A stretch of DNA of 63,204 nucleotides, filler included, from Octopus bimaculoides (lineage: Eukaryota), in assembly GCF_001194135.2 (NCBI RefSeq). It is 3 parts of 2 records of this genome, joined end to end, with 100 filler letters (N's around TTAATTAATTAA, not from the genome) between each part and the next. Parts side by side here need not be neighbours in the genome. Positions count along the whole stretch, not along the records: positions 30,097 to 56,545 come from NC_068984.1; 2 more parts are not named here. One strand, 5' to 3'. Positions 38,201-51,494 of the stretch are shown one piece after another; within the stretch, counting starts at the first letter, position 1; every line of letters starts with the position of its first letter. The notes below the pieces were generated by a model. The model saw only the letters and a program-made list of their open reading frames with translations, was not told the DNA's origin and did not search any database. The translations under genes were made by a program, and so were the position numbers.

Positions 38201-39379
38201 TTCTTTGAGCAGTTTTGAATGACACTCAGGTACTGCTTCCTCTAGCTCAGTACCTTTGCTGGATATGACAGTTTTATCTGAGGTTCTGTTCCTGTTTATG
38301 TTGTTAATATTGTTTAGTTTATTGCTATTAGGGGTGATATCTGGCATAGCCACTAGTGTTTTTAGTTAGATACCATCTCCAGGAGAGTTACCAACCATAG
38401 CTGAAAAGACCCTTCTCTCCATGTGACAGACTTAACTCCACTGGATGCTAATCTGGTACTTCATGGTCTCAGGGGAAATTGTTTCATTGGTTTATTATTG
38501 TACAGCTGTACCCTTCTTCCATATTTCTGGCTCTGTATGTAAGAGAATGCTATTATATTATTTTGAATAAACCAACAACTTTTCCATGGTAAGGGTGGAA
38601 AACCATGTCAACTGTCATGTAATATTCAAGTATATATAGTTGGGAAGTAGAAGCTAAGCCAACAGATCTTCATGCAGGAACTACAGAGTGGTGAATTAGA
38701 TGATTTGTTCTGTATAACTGCACCATTTAACAGTTTAAATCACCACTGCCACTGCCACCACCACCACCACCACCACCACCACCACCACCTTGACTTTATT
38801 TTTCATCAACAGCCAAGTCGATACAATAAATACCAGTGAATTGTTGGTATTCACCTTCCTCTTATAAATATGTGGTTGTGTGCCACTGTTAGAAATAAAT
38901 ACATATGTCAGCATGTTCTTTATGTAGGTTTATGTTTATGATAAAGCATGCAATCTGTATGTATGTGTGTGAAAGATTATGATATATCTTTCATATTCAC
39001 TGAGGATTGATAGTGTCCTTAAATATATCTGTGAAATTATGCTTTGGATTTAATCACATCCTGTATCTCTGACTTTCTTTGTTCGTTTTTCTTTCTCTTT
39101 CCCATATACATATATGGGATGAATGGAGGAATGAGTTACAAGAGATAGAGTAGTACTCATAAGCCTATATTTTTTCAGGGCCTCCAAAACTGGTGACAGG
39201 AAGCGATGAAGTTATCTTCTGACTAGAGATTTAACTCAAATGCTTACAACAGAGTGATCTCCATTAAGGCCCCAAGGACCAGGTGGTGATGTTAAACTGA
39301 ATGACAAATTACGTCTACTTCCTAAAAATAGAAATTATTACCACAGATGAACTTCTAAGACACCGTATTAATCATCCAA

Positions 39380-40480
39380 CCCACTTTGACCGGGGCTCAA
39401 ATAATGCTAAAAGATGCTGTCTATATTCTCAGCTCCCCAATCCTTGCAAAAACTATATAAGAGTGCAGACTCGACAAGGATGACATTGACATGCACCTGG
39501 TATTCTTCTTCCCGAGGAACTACTTCACCCTCCCCAAATTCTTCTTCACACTGAACAGTGCACCTTGTCACCCTTTCACAGATCACCTCACTGAGTTAGA
39601 TGCCACCATCCAACACTGTGCTGAAGTCATATGCAATGTTAGCTCAACAGCACTGGCTGTAAACAAGTGAAACTCCTTGGGAAATTTGGTGGCTTTGGCC
39701 TCTGATCTTCCTCAGACCTGGCACTGTCAGCCTGTCTCTCCTCAATTTCCTCCATCCACTCCTGCATCAGTAAGGTCCTCTGTAAGACAGCAGAGCCTAA
39801 TGTGGCCCAGGAACTGGTGTCTAACTTAACTGGGATGACATCAAGTGCATGTCTTTCTTCAGGCAGATTGAGTCTTCCTTGGGTCAACACTATCTCACAT
39901 GCCCCCACTCTACCTTGCAACCAAACAGTGACATGTGTCTCAATTTACTACCCTCCTCTTCCTGATGATGATTGCACTCACACTGGAGTAGCCCAGCACC
40001 ACAACCACTGTATGTGCAAGTCACACAAATGTCATTGTGTGGCTACTGTTGACAGGTTTGATTTGTGCCTGCTATCATGCCAACTTAGTGCAGGGTGGTT
40101 CCCCTGACATGCCACTCTGAATGATATCATCAAGAGGAGCCTTGATGCAGCTGGCCTCTCATCACAAGTGGAGCCAGTTGGCCTTGACTGTGGCAATGGT
40201 AAATTCCCCAATGGAAGAACCCTCTTCCCATCGAGGGAAGTAAATTTCTAATCTGGGGTGCAATGTGTTGCAACTCATTCTCTGTGCCCAACCTTGTTGT
40301 TTTGGCTGCAAACTTTGGCACTGCTGTTTGCAATGCAGAAAAGAAGATAAACAAATACTGGGGCTTGATCAATTGCTTCCTTTTTGTACCAGTCACAGCA
40401 GGTGTTGTTAGCCATTCTCCATGGCAATGCCTTCGCCATTTTGTCTGCATGGCACACCAAATCAGTGCTAAGACTGGAAT
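39380..40480 (+). mobile_element. CRE-clade (restriction-like endonuclease) non-LTR retrotransposon 3' remnant
   Basis: Degenerate FFFPRNYFTLPKFFFTLNSAPC, EVICNVS, LNLLP...HKCHCVATVDRFDLCLLSCQLSAG, HATLNDIIKRSLDAAGLSSQVEPVGLDCGNGKFPNGRTLFP...FLIW, AEKKINKY...FLFVPV; this is the CCHC finger followed by RHxxLND...EP...KRPDG...KY pattern. Confidence 0.75.
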
Positions 40481-40582
40481 GTAGTGTCTGCCCCTCTCTC
40501 CCCTCGTCCTTTCTTTCATTGCTTAATATTCTTTTTTCTTTTTCTTCATTCCTTAATTATTTTTTTATTGTGAATATTATTC

Positions 40583-40822
40583 CTTATATCCTTAGGTTTG
40601 GATATAGACTACACTGTAACAGTGTTATAACACTGCAAAAACTAAATCAGTAACAAACACATAACAAACTTATATCTCTACTCAATGACTTCTACAACTG
40701 CCTTCACAAATGCGATTGCACACACCATATTGTACCTCGCATTGTCAGTACACATGCACCTTTATAAGGTTTAGGACAGTTCACTTGCTATCTCACAGGG
40801 GTGTCAGGATTTCACCACAACA
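40583..40822 (-). repeat. 3' LTR of the Gypsy element
   Basis: Matches 44229-44383; begins TGTTG on the minus strand immediately after the PPT. Confidence 0.85.
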
Positions 40823-41249
40823 TCTCCCCTTTTTGAGCTTGAATTTTCCTTGGAAGTCAGTATTTTTCTTATTACCACCTCTCCCCACTTTTTTTCTACT
40901 TAATTCCCTGGGAAGAAATTGGAATATTTTTTTGTTTTGGCTCTATTTGCAAAAGTTCTGTTTGTTTACTTTTCCTAGTCAATGTGCTCGTTGGTTCGGC
41001 TATTCCTTGAGGTACCAGGACATCAAAAATGTCATAAAGAAATTCTATTGATTCTTCATGTCTTATTCTTTCTTCCGTAAACCTTTTTTTTAGTTGGTTT
41101 AAATGTCTTTTGTGTTCCCATGTATGACTTTTTACTATGTACATTATTTTCCCTTTCTGTATATTTAAAAAATACCTTGTCACCGATTTTGAAGTATTTT
41201 ATCTTATTTTCGGTGTTTCTCTCAATTTTTTCTTTTCTTCCCAGTAGTA

Positions 41250-43050
41250 ATTTGTCAAACATTGAGCTGACTTTCCTGGCGAAAATTAGTTCAGCCGGCG
41301 ACATACCTGAAGTGGTGTTAGGGTTAGGTGTTATTCAGTAGACACTTAAGAATTGCATCAATACAGTATCAGCTACAAACTCATTCCTAGATTTTTTCAG
41401 CATCCTCTTAAACTTTTTAGTAGTCCATTCGATCTCGGGTGGTATGGTGAAATAGTAATATGCTCCATTGTATGCATTTTGCAAAAGATTTTAAATTCCT
41501 ACAACGTGAACTGTGTTCCGTTATCAGACACTGTAGTGTCTGGGATGCCATATCGAGCAAACAGTTCGTCCAGAAATTCCATTGTTACTTTGGAGGTTGA
41601 CTTCCTATATTTACATATTTCTGACCATTTTGTGTAACTATCCACAACTATTAGATAATACCCTCTATTTAACAGTCCTGCAAAGTCTATGTGTAATCTG
41701 GACCAAGGTATGTCAGTCTTGGGCCAAAGCTGAATTTTTATAGATGGTGCTTTTGCTGCCAGGGCACAACACCTGCAAGCTTTCACCAATTTTTCAATAT
41801 CCTGATCCATATTTGGCCAGTAGATGTAGCTCTTCATCAGTGCTTTCATTCTCTCAATTCCTGAATGTCCCATGTAGAATTCTTTTAGCATACGATTTTG
41901 CAAAGAAACAGGTATTACAACCCTCTGAGCATACATAAGTACATCCTCACATATTGAATACCATTTTGAAACTGTGCTATGCTCGGCTACATGAGTTTTT
42001 GCATTTGTTTCTGACTTCACTATTTTTTTTTTCATTTTTATTATGAACACATCCTTCTCTGCTTTAATCTTTATTTCCTCTAAAGTGACAGGTAGTTCAC
42101 GTACTACGTTGCAGAGTATATTTTTATTTCAGTTTCAGCATTTAATGCTGCTATTACTGTGTCCTCAGATGGTTCATTGTATTTAGGTATCAATCTTGAC
42201 AGCCCATCTGCATATCCCAATTTTTTCGATGGCAGAAATTCCATCTTAAAGTAGCAGGATCGTACCCCAGTGTTGCAATTGGTTGGCTGTATGTGTGGAG
42301 ATACCCTTTTTTGATCCGTAAATTGACAACAATGGGTGGTGATCTGTCTGCAGACTGAAGTCCCTTCCATGTATGAATTTGTGTAATTCTTTTCTCTGCA
42401 AAAATAATGGCTACTGCCTCCCTCCCAATTTGGCTGTAGTTTTTTTCAGCTGCCAACAATGAACGTGAAGCATGAGCGATGGGCTACCATTTTCATACCT
42501 GTGTAGAATTACTGCTCCTATACCACTTTCACTAGCATCTGATGCTACTACTATTTTTAAATTTGGATCAAAATGCGATAATGACAGTTCCAATGTTAAA
42601 ACTTAAAAAATTTCTTTGAATGCTTTTTGGTACCTGTCTGACCAATACCATTTAATGTCTTTTTTTCAATAGGTTGTTTAGGGGTGCTCTTAACTCATAC
42701 ATATTCGGTATATATATGTTTGGTAATAGTTTTCAAGCCCTAAGAACGCTTGTAACATTGTAATATCTTTCAGGGTAGGCATATTTTTTATTGCAGTTGA
42801 TCTTGAAGGATCTGGCCTACACTAATTTTTATCGATAACTTGCCCTAGATACTTTATTTCTGGCATGAAAAATTTGCATTTTTCCTTGCTAAGTTTACTC
42901 CTTTATTCTTTCAAAGACCTTCTTAACATGTTCTTCATGCTGGCCTTGAGACTCACTTTTTATGAGTATGTCATCCAAGTAAGCTGTAGCGAAATCAGTA
43001 TCTGCAAGCAGTGTTCATCACCTGTTGAAAAATACTAGGTGCCACCTTTA
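41250..43050 (-). pseudogene. Gypsy pol remnant (RT C-terminal half, RNase H, integrase)
   Basis: YLDD, KYLGQVID, FLGLENYY, SDAS, GHSGIERMKALMKSYIYWPNMDQDIEKLVKACRCC, LHIDFAG, VVDSYTKW, GIPDTTVSDNGTQF; several frameshifts. Confidence 0.9.
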
Positions 43051-43449
43051 TCCCAAAAGGAAGTCGATTAAATTTATATTAACCTTTATGGGTGTTTATC
43101 ATTAATAATTTCGAACATTCTTCTTCAATTTTTAACAAGTTCAACTTCGAAAAAAAAAAAATTCGCCCATTGAGTTTCACAGAAATTTCTTCTGGACTTA
43201 GTAATGGGTATTGTATGTCATCAAACATTCATTCAAGCTTGCTGAAAAGTCAGCGCCTAGTCATATTTTATTATTTTTTTCTTTACATACACAGTTGGTG
43301 ATGCCCATTCTGAATAATCAATTTTCCCTATAACTCCAAGTTTTTAAAGTCTATCTAATTCCTTGTTGACTTGATTCAATGCCGCAAAAGGTACAGCTCA
43401 CTTCAGTTTAAATACCGGTACAGTGTTTTTTTCGTTTGACCGTTTTTGT

Positions 43450-44029
43450 TTCACCCAAAAATGGGAATTTTTATGTCCAATTTTTCCACTGCCTGTAGAA
43501 TTAGTTTCAAATCTTGTTCTAGTTTTGTCAATATCCAAGCCTGAACCTCTGCATCTTTGCTTGCAGTTAATTCTTGTACAAAGATTAGACATTTGAACAT
43601 GTCTAGGGTTAGTTCTTTTAGTTTAAACTTTTCACATTCTCTGTTTACAATTCCACTATACGTGACTAAATCTTCAGTTTCTCTCTTTTTCTAATTCAAG
43701 CACTCCCAGTGAATATTAAATAGTGAACTTCTTTCACTGAATATTTTAGATAACAGGGTAATTGTTTCCTCGAAACAAATTTTGGATGGTTTTCTCGGCA
43801 GGATGTAATTACTAGACTTTTCATGTTCTGCAGATGATAATTTCCTTAAAAGAAGTTGTACCGTCTTTTCATCCGTCAAGTTTCTACATTCTTCTTTGAT
43901 GATTCCTTCATACCTTCTAAAGTATGCATAAAACGTCATCCCTTCTTTTGGATTATAAGTAAATTCTTCAATTGAATTAGCAACCTCGTCTGCCGAAAAC
44001 GAACCTGACTGCAACAATAATTCCAACAA
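43450..44029 (-). pseudogene. Gypsy gag remnant
   Basis: SIEEFTYNPKEGMTFYAYFRRYE...LLLRKLSSAEHEK..NYILPRKP...FSERSSLFN, then YSGIVNRECEKFKLKELTLDMFKCLIFVQ; broken by a stop or frameshift. Confidence 0.85.
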
Positions 44030-44228
44030 CTATTGATTTTGTTGTTGTTGTAGTTGCTGTTGTACCTGTTGTTGCTATTTCTGTTGTTTTTCTCGTTGCC
44101 ATTGTAGTTGCCATTGCAACTGTTGCTGTTGTTGTTGTAGCTGCTGCTGTTGCAACTGTACCACAGAAGCTAATAGGTCTTCTACGCTAAGAACGTCCAC
44201 GGTGAGCTTCAAATGTCTTATTGCCACT

Positions 44229-44383
44229 CTTATATCCTTGGGTTTGGATATATACACTGTAACAATGTTATAGTACTACAAAAACTAAATCAGTAATAAA
44301 CATGTAACAAACTTATATCTCTACTCAATGATTTCTACGACTGCCTTCACAAATGTGATTGCACACACCACACTGTGCTATCT
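44229..44383 (-). repeat. 5' LTR of the Gypsy element (internal deletion, outer part missing or displaced)
   Basis: cttatatccttgggtttggatata...cttatatctctactcaatga...gattgcacacacca matches the 3' LTR; similarity stops after tgctatctc. Confidence 0.8.
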
Positions 44384-46112
44384 CTTTTATTTGGCACACA
44401 GGCCATAACACAGAGGGGACAGCACAAGGACAGACAGAACACCACAGTGGGGACAAAAACATTAAAAAAATGAAGGATGAATAAAATTAATGGTGATGTA
44501 ATGGCTGCATTGAATCCCCCTTTCAAGCAGTACCATTTAAATGTTTTAACACACAGTTTTTAATCATTTTTCTTTTTCTTCGTTTCCTTTTTTTTTTTCT
44601 TTTAGCATCATATTTATAGTCTATTAAATTTTAATGTCTCACTTACTTTTTAGAAGTTCATGAATGGTTCTAAATCTTTGTACTCCACAACAGGCGGTAG
44701 TTCATCAAACTCCACCTCTACTCCCAATGGGTCTATGTCGTTTCCGAACAAATCCTTCAATTTTCCGTACCTTTCTTGGTCTATCACAATTTCTTTTACA
44801 TTTTCTGTATACAGCTCTACTGGTAATTTTACCCTTATTGCCAATTTAAGTTTTGTAATTCTCCTCTCTATGGCCGTACTTTTTGCATATGTTACTATAT
44901 GCCACTTGTTGTTCTTCAGCTTCTCGACTGCTTGTTTCTGCTGCACATCTGGGTTTTCCAGGAAAGTTTCTGTTTTTTTGTCCTTTTGTTGGTAATTCTA
45001 TTGCACACCCTTGCTGCCAGCTCTCTCTAATGTCCATTTTTTCCTCCTTTTTTTGTACTTTTGTTGATGATGCTGTTGTACTTTTTGGTCGCCGGCTCTC
45101 TATAATGCCCATTTCTTCCACCGTTTTACCTTTTGCTGGTGATGCTGGTGTACTTCTTTGCTGCCAGCTCTCTATCATATCTATTTCTTCCTCCTTTTTT
45201 TTGGACTCTTTGGTGGTGAATTCACACATTCTTTTCTCTTTTTTATGTTCACCACGGTGAATGCCTCCTCCACTTCCTCCATGTCCTTCTCAACTTCTAG
45301 TACCGCCACTTCAGCACTCTGTTCCTGTTTGGTACTCTGCTGCTGTTGTTCCTCTTCATCTTTATTGTCGTTCTGGGGACACCTTGCTCTCATGTGTCCC
45401 CTCTCTCCACATTGATAACAGGATGGTGGTCTTCCCTCCACCACCACTCTCAATCTCATGTCATCTGGCAATATTACTTCTTCCACCATTTCATGCAAGT
45501 CTTTCAGACTGACTTGTATGGCCATTTCAAAGCCATATCCCCTTCAGTTTACTTTTTTCGTCCTCGTTACATTTAAAATTTTCATGTCTTCCTCCATATT
45601 ATGCAAAATGGCTTCCACCAGCTACACCTCTTTAATCTTCAGGTATACTCTGCCTATCCTTACTCTAGCCACTCTTTTGCTAGAGAAGTACCCACTCTTG
45701 CATTTATCTCTTCCTGTTCATTATCAAACCCCACCTCCACTGAGCCATATTTTCTTCCTCTCATGTAGAATGTTGTGAGGCTTTTTATTTCCTTCAACCA
45801 CTCTTCTATGGCTTCCACTGTGGCTATTTCTTTTTTTTTTTTTTTTTTTTTTGTTGACATTGACAGTGTTCTGTAGACCACTGTTCACTTTGTTATGCTG
45901 GCTGTTAAATCTTCCGGTGGAGTCAGCCTTAAACTGGTTCCTTCCTTCTCAATTAACCTGTTGTATTCTTTTAGTTTCTTTGGCTCAATCTTCACTTTTC
46001 AAACCTTTAATGCATCAGTAGTTAAACCTTTTCCAGTTGCTGATGCATAACTGCCGGCATGTGCTGGAACTGGTTCATACTCCATTCTTCCTTTTTTCTC
46101 CACTTCACCCAT
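44384..46112 (-). mobile_element. ORF1-only (RRM-like + single CCHC knuckle) retroposed element, L1/Tx1 ORF1-like, decayed
   Basis: ATG at 46112, then SYASA, TVVYRTL...YGSVEVGF, RVARVRIGRV, RVVVEGRPPSCYQCGERGHMRARCP, a charged tail with three ~22-aa repeats, stop near 44650, and AATAAA at the boundary with the LTR; no endonuclease or RT motifs seen. Confidence 0.65.
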
Positions 46113-47759
46113 AAATGGAGAAGAAAACAAATACAAAATCACATGCCCATAGGCAAAAAACAGCAACAGTAATTCAACAAATTAAATCCTAGGTTTACCC
46201 TTACGGGAGACCTTCAACAAATATATAACAATACAACTTACGTCTAACAGGGATCAAAGTTTTTTTTCCCCAACAATAAAATGAAGCAAAAACGAATTAT
46301 TCATTTGTTGTTCTTGTTGTTTAGCACCAAGATCTGATGATTAAAGAAATTCTGTGATCATCACATTTTATTATTTTTTTTGTTTTTAGGTATTGTGTAT
46401 GTCTCAGACCACATAATTTAATGTGTCCTCTCTTTTTTAATGAAAACAGAGTGATTTAGCTGCCATTTAAAGCAAGTTAAGTGATCATGTTGATGCTGCT
46501 TCATTGATGTTGATTCAGTTGATATTGTTGATGTTTATCACTTATTTTGGTTTATGGAGGCTTTCATTACCTTTAACAGGCATGTTAGGTTGAATGGCAG
46601 TCTCCTCCATTGTAATCTGAGGCCTTCTGAGAAGTATGAATTATTCCTATTCTACAACAAACCTGAGCTTCCTCAAGTTTGGATGTCTCATTTCCTGTGT
46701 CTGTTGGAACACTTCTCTCTTGCAAGGATTTTGTCCTATAGGATGTTTTCAGTCTTAGTACTACATGTTCTGGAAACAACTATACAGTATTTCTGCTGCC
46801 TAGAACACTTGACTGAAATGTTTTATTGTATTTCTATATCTTTGCTCTTTTCTCTCCCTTCTTCTCACACTACCTTCTCTCCTTCTCATACATTTTTGTA
46901 CAAAGGAAGAGTTGCTTTAACTAAAGTTTTGATCCTCTTTTTAACCATTTTTGTTAAGCACAAACTTCACATGAAGGCAGGTGCAATTAATCAAGCTGCT
47001 GATATTACTATACTCATCTGTCAAGCTTCTTCATAGCTCCTCCTCCTCCTCCAATCCCTTTACAGGGTGCACTGGGTGTATTTTGTAGTTCTAACTGAGA
47101 GGGATTATCTCATTCACCTGCCGCTTTGAGGGAGCTCAAGTTGTCAACTGGCACCAACACAGGTAGTGTGGTTACCTTGTACACAGGACAATGTAGAGAG
47201 TACAGACATGTAGACCAGGGTGGGGAAACAGAAGGGAGAACCATGCCAGTTGTAAGGAAGTAAATGACCTAGAAGGGAATTAAAAGATGAATAATGACAT
47301 CAGGAGGGCTTGGAGTGCTAGGTGAAAGAAAGGAAGGAACAGTAAGTAGTATGATACAAGCAACAAGATTATTTAGCTGGAGTTGAGTTGAGAGTGATTG
47401 GCAACAACAATATAAGTGGACAAAAGGTGGGTGATAGGATAAGATAAAGATTAGGTGATAGGAAGCAATAGAAGTAGCCCTAGTTGGGGAGAGTGTGATG
47501 GATGGTAATAGAGGAGGGAAAAGTAAGTGGAGGATATGCACTAGAGAGGAGTTATAAAGGTATGCAGATGGTCCAATGTGAGTGACTAATGCAGTCTTTA
47601 ATGAATAGGCCTAGCTGAGAGAGTCAGAGAGATGAGGTGAACCTATGCAACCTTTTATACATAGGCCTATTGGAGGAATGAAGGCAGACTGATGGGGAAG
47701 TGAACTGCAAGGGAATTAGAGGGAATCAAAAAATTCAAAGGATGTAAAGTGTATGGAGC

Positions 47760-50300
47760 AGCAATACTTGGCAGATTACATTACCCTTGTGTCAAGTTAT
47801 GTTTCACCATAGGCGGTCAGGTATTCTGTGACATTGCATATTGTCAATAAGTACAGTCCTTTGTCATCTCTGTGAGATGCATATCCAATCAGCCATTACC
47901 ATGTCATCCCAAGTTTTTGTTGGTCTACCTCTTTTACAGGTTCCATTAACCTAGACTTCATTATGCAGCAGTCATTTGCCATATACATCACACACCCATA
48001 CCATTTCATACTTCTCTATTGTACACTACACTTGTTTCCTCTTATGACCAGTTTTACTTTCAGCTCATTTATATTCTGATGTTCATGCACACTACCATTA
48101 CACTTCTGCTGGAGCATGATTGCTTCATTTCTCTTTAGCTTTCACAAGCCTTCTGAATTTAACGCCTACATCTCACTACAATGCAACATTGCAATTCTCA
48201 TTCAAGCATCATACCATCTGCCCTTCACTTTGATGAAGAAAACCTTTGTTGCCAGCAGAGGAAATTGCTCCATGAACTTTTTCCAACCAATTCTTTCTCT
48301 GGCTACTATATTTTCTGAATAACCACCACCTCTGCTAATTATGTTGCCAAGGAAACAAGCTATTGACTACTTCGAGTGAGCTGGCTGGGCATTTAAAGTC
48401 TATTTCTAGTGTGCTCATAGGACATATTGGTCCAATGTGTCTGACACATGTAATGCTTGCCTTCATTCTGAGCTTGTCTGTGATTCCACTATACCTCTAG
48501 TTTACACTAGTTCCAAACTACACCTTTTCTGAATATTTCCCTGATAATACTGATAAAAGGTATTTCCCTGATAATACTGAGGTCCTGTCTTCTATCCTAC
48601 TTACTAACACCTAAGTTTTTGCTAAGTTTATCTTGAGGCCTTTCAATTCCAGGTTTTGCTTCCAAGCCTTGAGTTTCTTCTCTAATTCTCTAGATTCAGT
48701 TATGAGAACTAGATCATCAACATATTGAGCAACATGGGCAAATGGACAGTCAATCTTGGACTCATCTGTTGTAGCTGGTAAGACTATAATGAATAGGAGT
48801 GGGGCCAAGGATCAAACCGTGATGGACTCTTAACTTCAAGCTAAATTCATCACTGAACTCATTATTAACTCACCTTACTTACTGTGTCATTGTACATACC
48901 TTGTACATCACAAACCATTCATCTGCACCTAGTTTCCTTAGTGCTCCAGATTACTGAGCATGGTCTCCTCTCAAAAACCTTATCCAAGTCAATGAAGGCT
49001 AGGTATAGTAGTTTATTTTTAGTTAGGTATTTGTCCTACCAAGAAGATTACATCTGTGGAACTTCTTACAGTCAGGAAACCAAACTGCACTTCACTGAGG
49101 CTAACACTATCTTTGATCAATTATGCTATCATTGTCATTGTGGCTTTCCTAGCCTGCTTCTATTATTTCTTTTCTTTAGTGTATTTCTTTTGTCCCTCTT
49201 GTAATTTACAATGATACTACAAAGCCAGTATTTGTGTATGACACTACCATTTTTATTTGATAATATCTGTTCTGGTGGCTACTATGTTTCCTACTTCACC
49301 AGATATTTTGAGCATCTTAGCAACACTCCCAGGTGAGCCAGTAACCTTCCCTACCTTAATATTCTTAAGCACTCTATCCAACTTTAATTGCTGGTCCCTC
49401 TATTTGGTCAACATCATGTAGCCCTTGAATTTTCCTTCTTCAACAATCTCTTGTAGCAGCACTATTGTGGTTTCTTCCTTCTCACCAGTAATAAAGTGTG
49501 CCTTCATCTTTTTGGTTACACTTCTCCCTGATGACATGCAGGTTCCCTCTGACACACTCTCTTGCAACTCTGAACACCTCATGTCTCTGATTCTCACTTC
49601 ACGGAATAAGTGCAGATCTTTTCTACTTCACTCCTAGCTATGTATACCTAATTCCTGCTTCACATTTCCTCCTTCCTTCTAGGCTTTCCAAGCCAGTCTT
49701 TTAGCTTTTATAGCTCTTTCTACTGTGTCAGTCTACCACTATATCATCTTTGGTATAGCTGGGGCCTTACTCCAGCTACACATCTCATCTGTAGTTGTGA
49801 GCAGATTATCCCATAGGCTGTCACCAGTTGTCATCTGTACAATGGCTATCTAATTCCTCCTTCCTAGTTGTACACATCAAGCAGAATTTTCTTAAACTTA
49901 TGGCTGACCCAACATCTTCCTTCTCTATATTGTCTTCTGTTTCTGAGTATTCATAGCTCTGACTCTGAAATCATTAACCACTAATCTAAATTGTGTCACG
50001 CATTCTTCACCAGGAAAAGCTATGGTATTTACAATAGTCTGCCTGTCACATTTTCTTGTGAGAATGAAATCTCTCTGACTTGTATGTTTACTAGATTGAT
50101 AAAGGATGAGATGGCTGGTTAGTTACTTGAAGCATGTTGTAAATTATTAGGTCAGCTGCTTCACAGAACTCCTCATTCTTTAACCCATATACTCTATGGA
50201 CATCATGAAAGCCATCGGGGTTTTGATCAATATGTCTCCAGCCATGATGATAAAGTTACTATTAGTCATCATTGAGGTATCCTGAAGAAAGTCTCAGAAG
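47760..50300 (-). mobile_element. Old RTE-clade LINE, most of ORF (APE, RT, C-terminus), heavily decayed
   Basis: HLILYQS...RDFILTR...AFPGEECVTQFRLVVNDF (APE), KVGKVTGSPG..AKMLKISG, APLLFIIV...QYVDDLVLI...KGLKINLAKT (RT), KRGRPTKTWDD; same family as 30.1-31.5 kb. Confidence 0.82.
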
Positions 50301-51060
50301 GATCCTTCTTGTCCTTAGTCTATCCCTACTGTGTGGCATATGTAGAGATAACTATTGCTGTCTCAGTTTAATTATCCTATTTCACACCTTGACTATTTCG
50401 ACTACATTAACAATCTCAGCTTACAATATGCCTACCCAACCCTATCTTTGTCACTTATAATCACCCAGGAGAATTTCTATTGCTGTTTCTTGACTGTAAA
50501 GAGTTTGATGGAGAATCTTTTTTATCTCACCTCCTGCACATAGCACACATCCATTCACCACCATCCAGCATCTTCTCAATCTTACTAGACCTATTTTTCA
50601 TTATGCCAACATTGATGGTATTTGCCCTAAAGTTTTGGAACTTATATGAAAAGTTTTTTGGCAGTACTATTATGGGTTGCTTTTGCTGTTTTGTCTCTGT
50701 ACTTGTTAGGAATTAGAAGGTTCATGCTTGTGTTACGGTGTGCCAAGAACTGAAAGATTCATGTCCATTCATTTGATTTGTTATCAATCACCCAATCCTC
50801 AATGGTTTGTTACACAGGCTATTGTATATTCTGTGTATCATAGTTATCAGTTATAGTTATTTATTATTATTATAAGTGTTGGTAAAACTCTTAACACCCC
50901 TCACTTATCTAACTGTGAAGAGAGATGGGAGGCACCATGCTGGAAAAAGGAGAGAGTAGAGAGAGAATGAGTTATGGGTGGAGAGTCAATGACAAAAAAT
51001 GAGTAATGAATGCGGGTGAGTTAGAAAGACAATGATAACATAAAGTGGGGCACTAACTGT

Positions 51061-51149
<89 letters not shown>

Positions 51150-51494
51150 TAGTGCAAAATGGAGATGAGAAAATGGAGATGAGAAAATGGAGCAGATGAG
51201 AAAAGAACAGAGAAATCCAAAAAAAATAAAATGGAGAATGTCAATATATTTTGCTTGTGATCTTTGCAGATCATACAAAGTGATGTAAAAAGAAAGAAAA
51301 TGTTCACAACTTTTACAAAATTAGTCTATGGTTGATTGAATTTAAATCTGATGATGTATATATCCCAGTGGCAGCAGTTGTGAGAGAAAACTAGGTCAAG
51401 AGAAGTAAGCATTCTTGAGAATTAGGTTATGGCAGCATGTGTTCTTAATTTCATTCTTTTGTATTTGTTAGCTACATATATTTTTAATTTTTTG

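Larger units (their letters stand above)
40583..44383 (-). mobile_element. Ty3/Gypsy LTR retrotransposon (Mag / K02A2.6-like), decayed and internally deleted
   Basis: Direct repeats at 40583-40822 and 44229-44383. PPT AAAAAGGGGAGA abuts TGTTG (40823-40834). PBS TGGCAATAAG (44226 downward) fits CpG-decayed TGGCGACGAG. Order is gag, RT (AYLDDILI at 42961-42990), RNase H (VASDAS..GIGAVI), integrase. Confidence 0.92.

Noticed and set aside
46554-47036. 160-aa plus-strand ORF
   Set aside because: No recognisable motif or splice signals; sits among decayed retroelements in CpG-depleted DNA.
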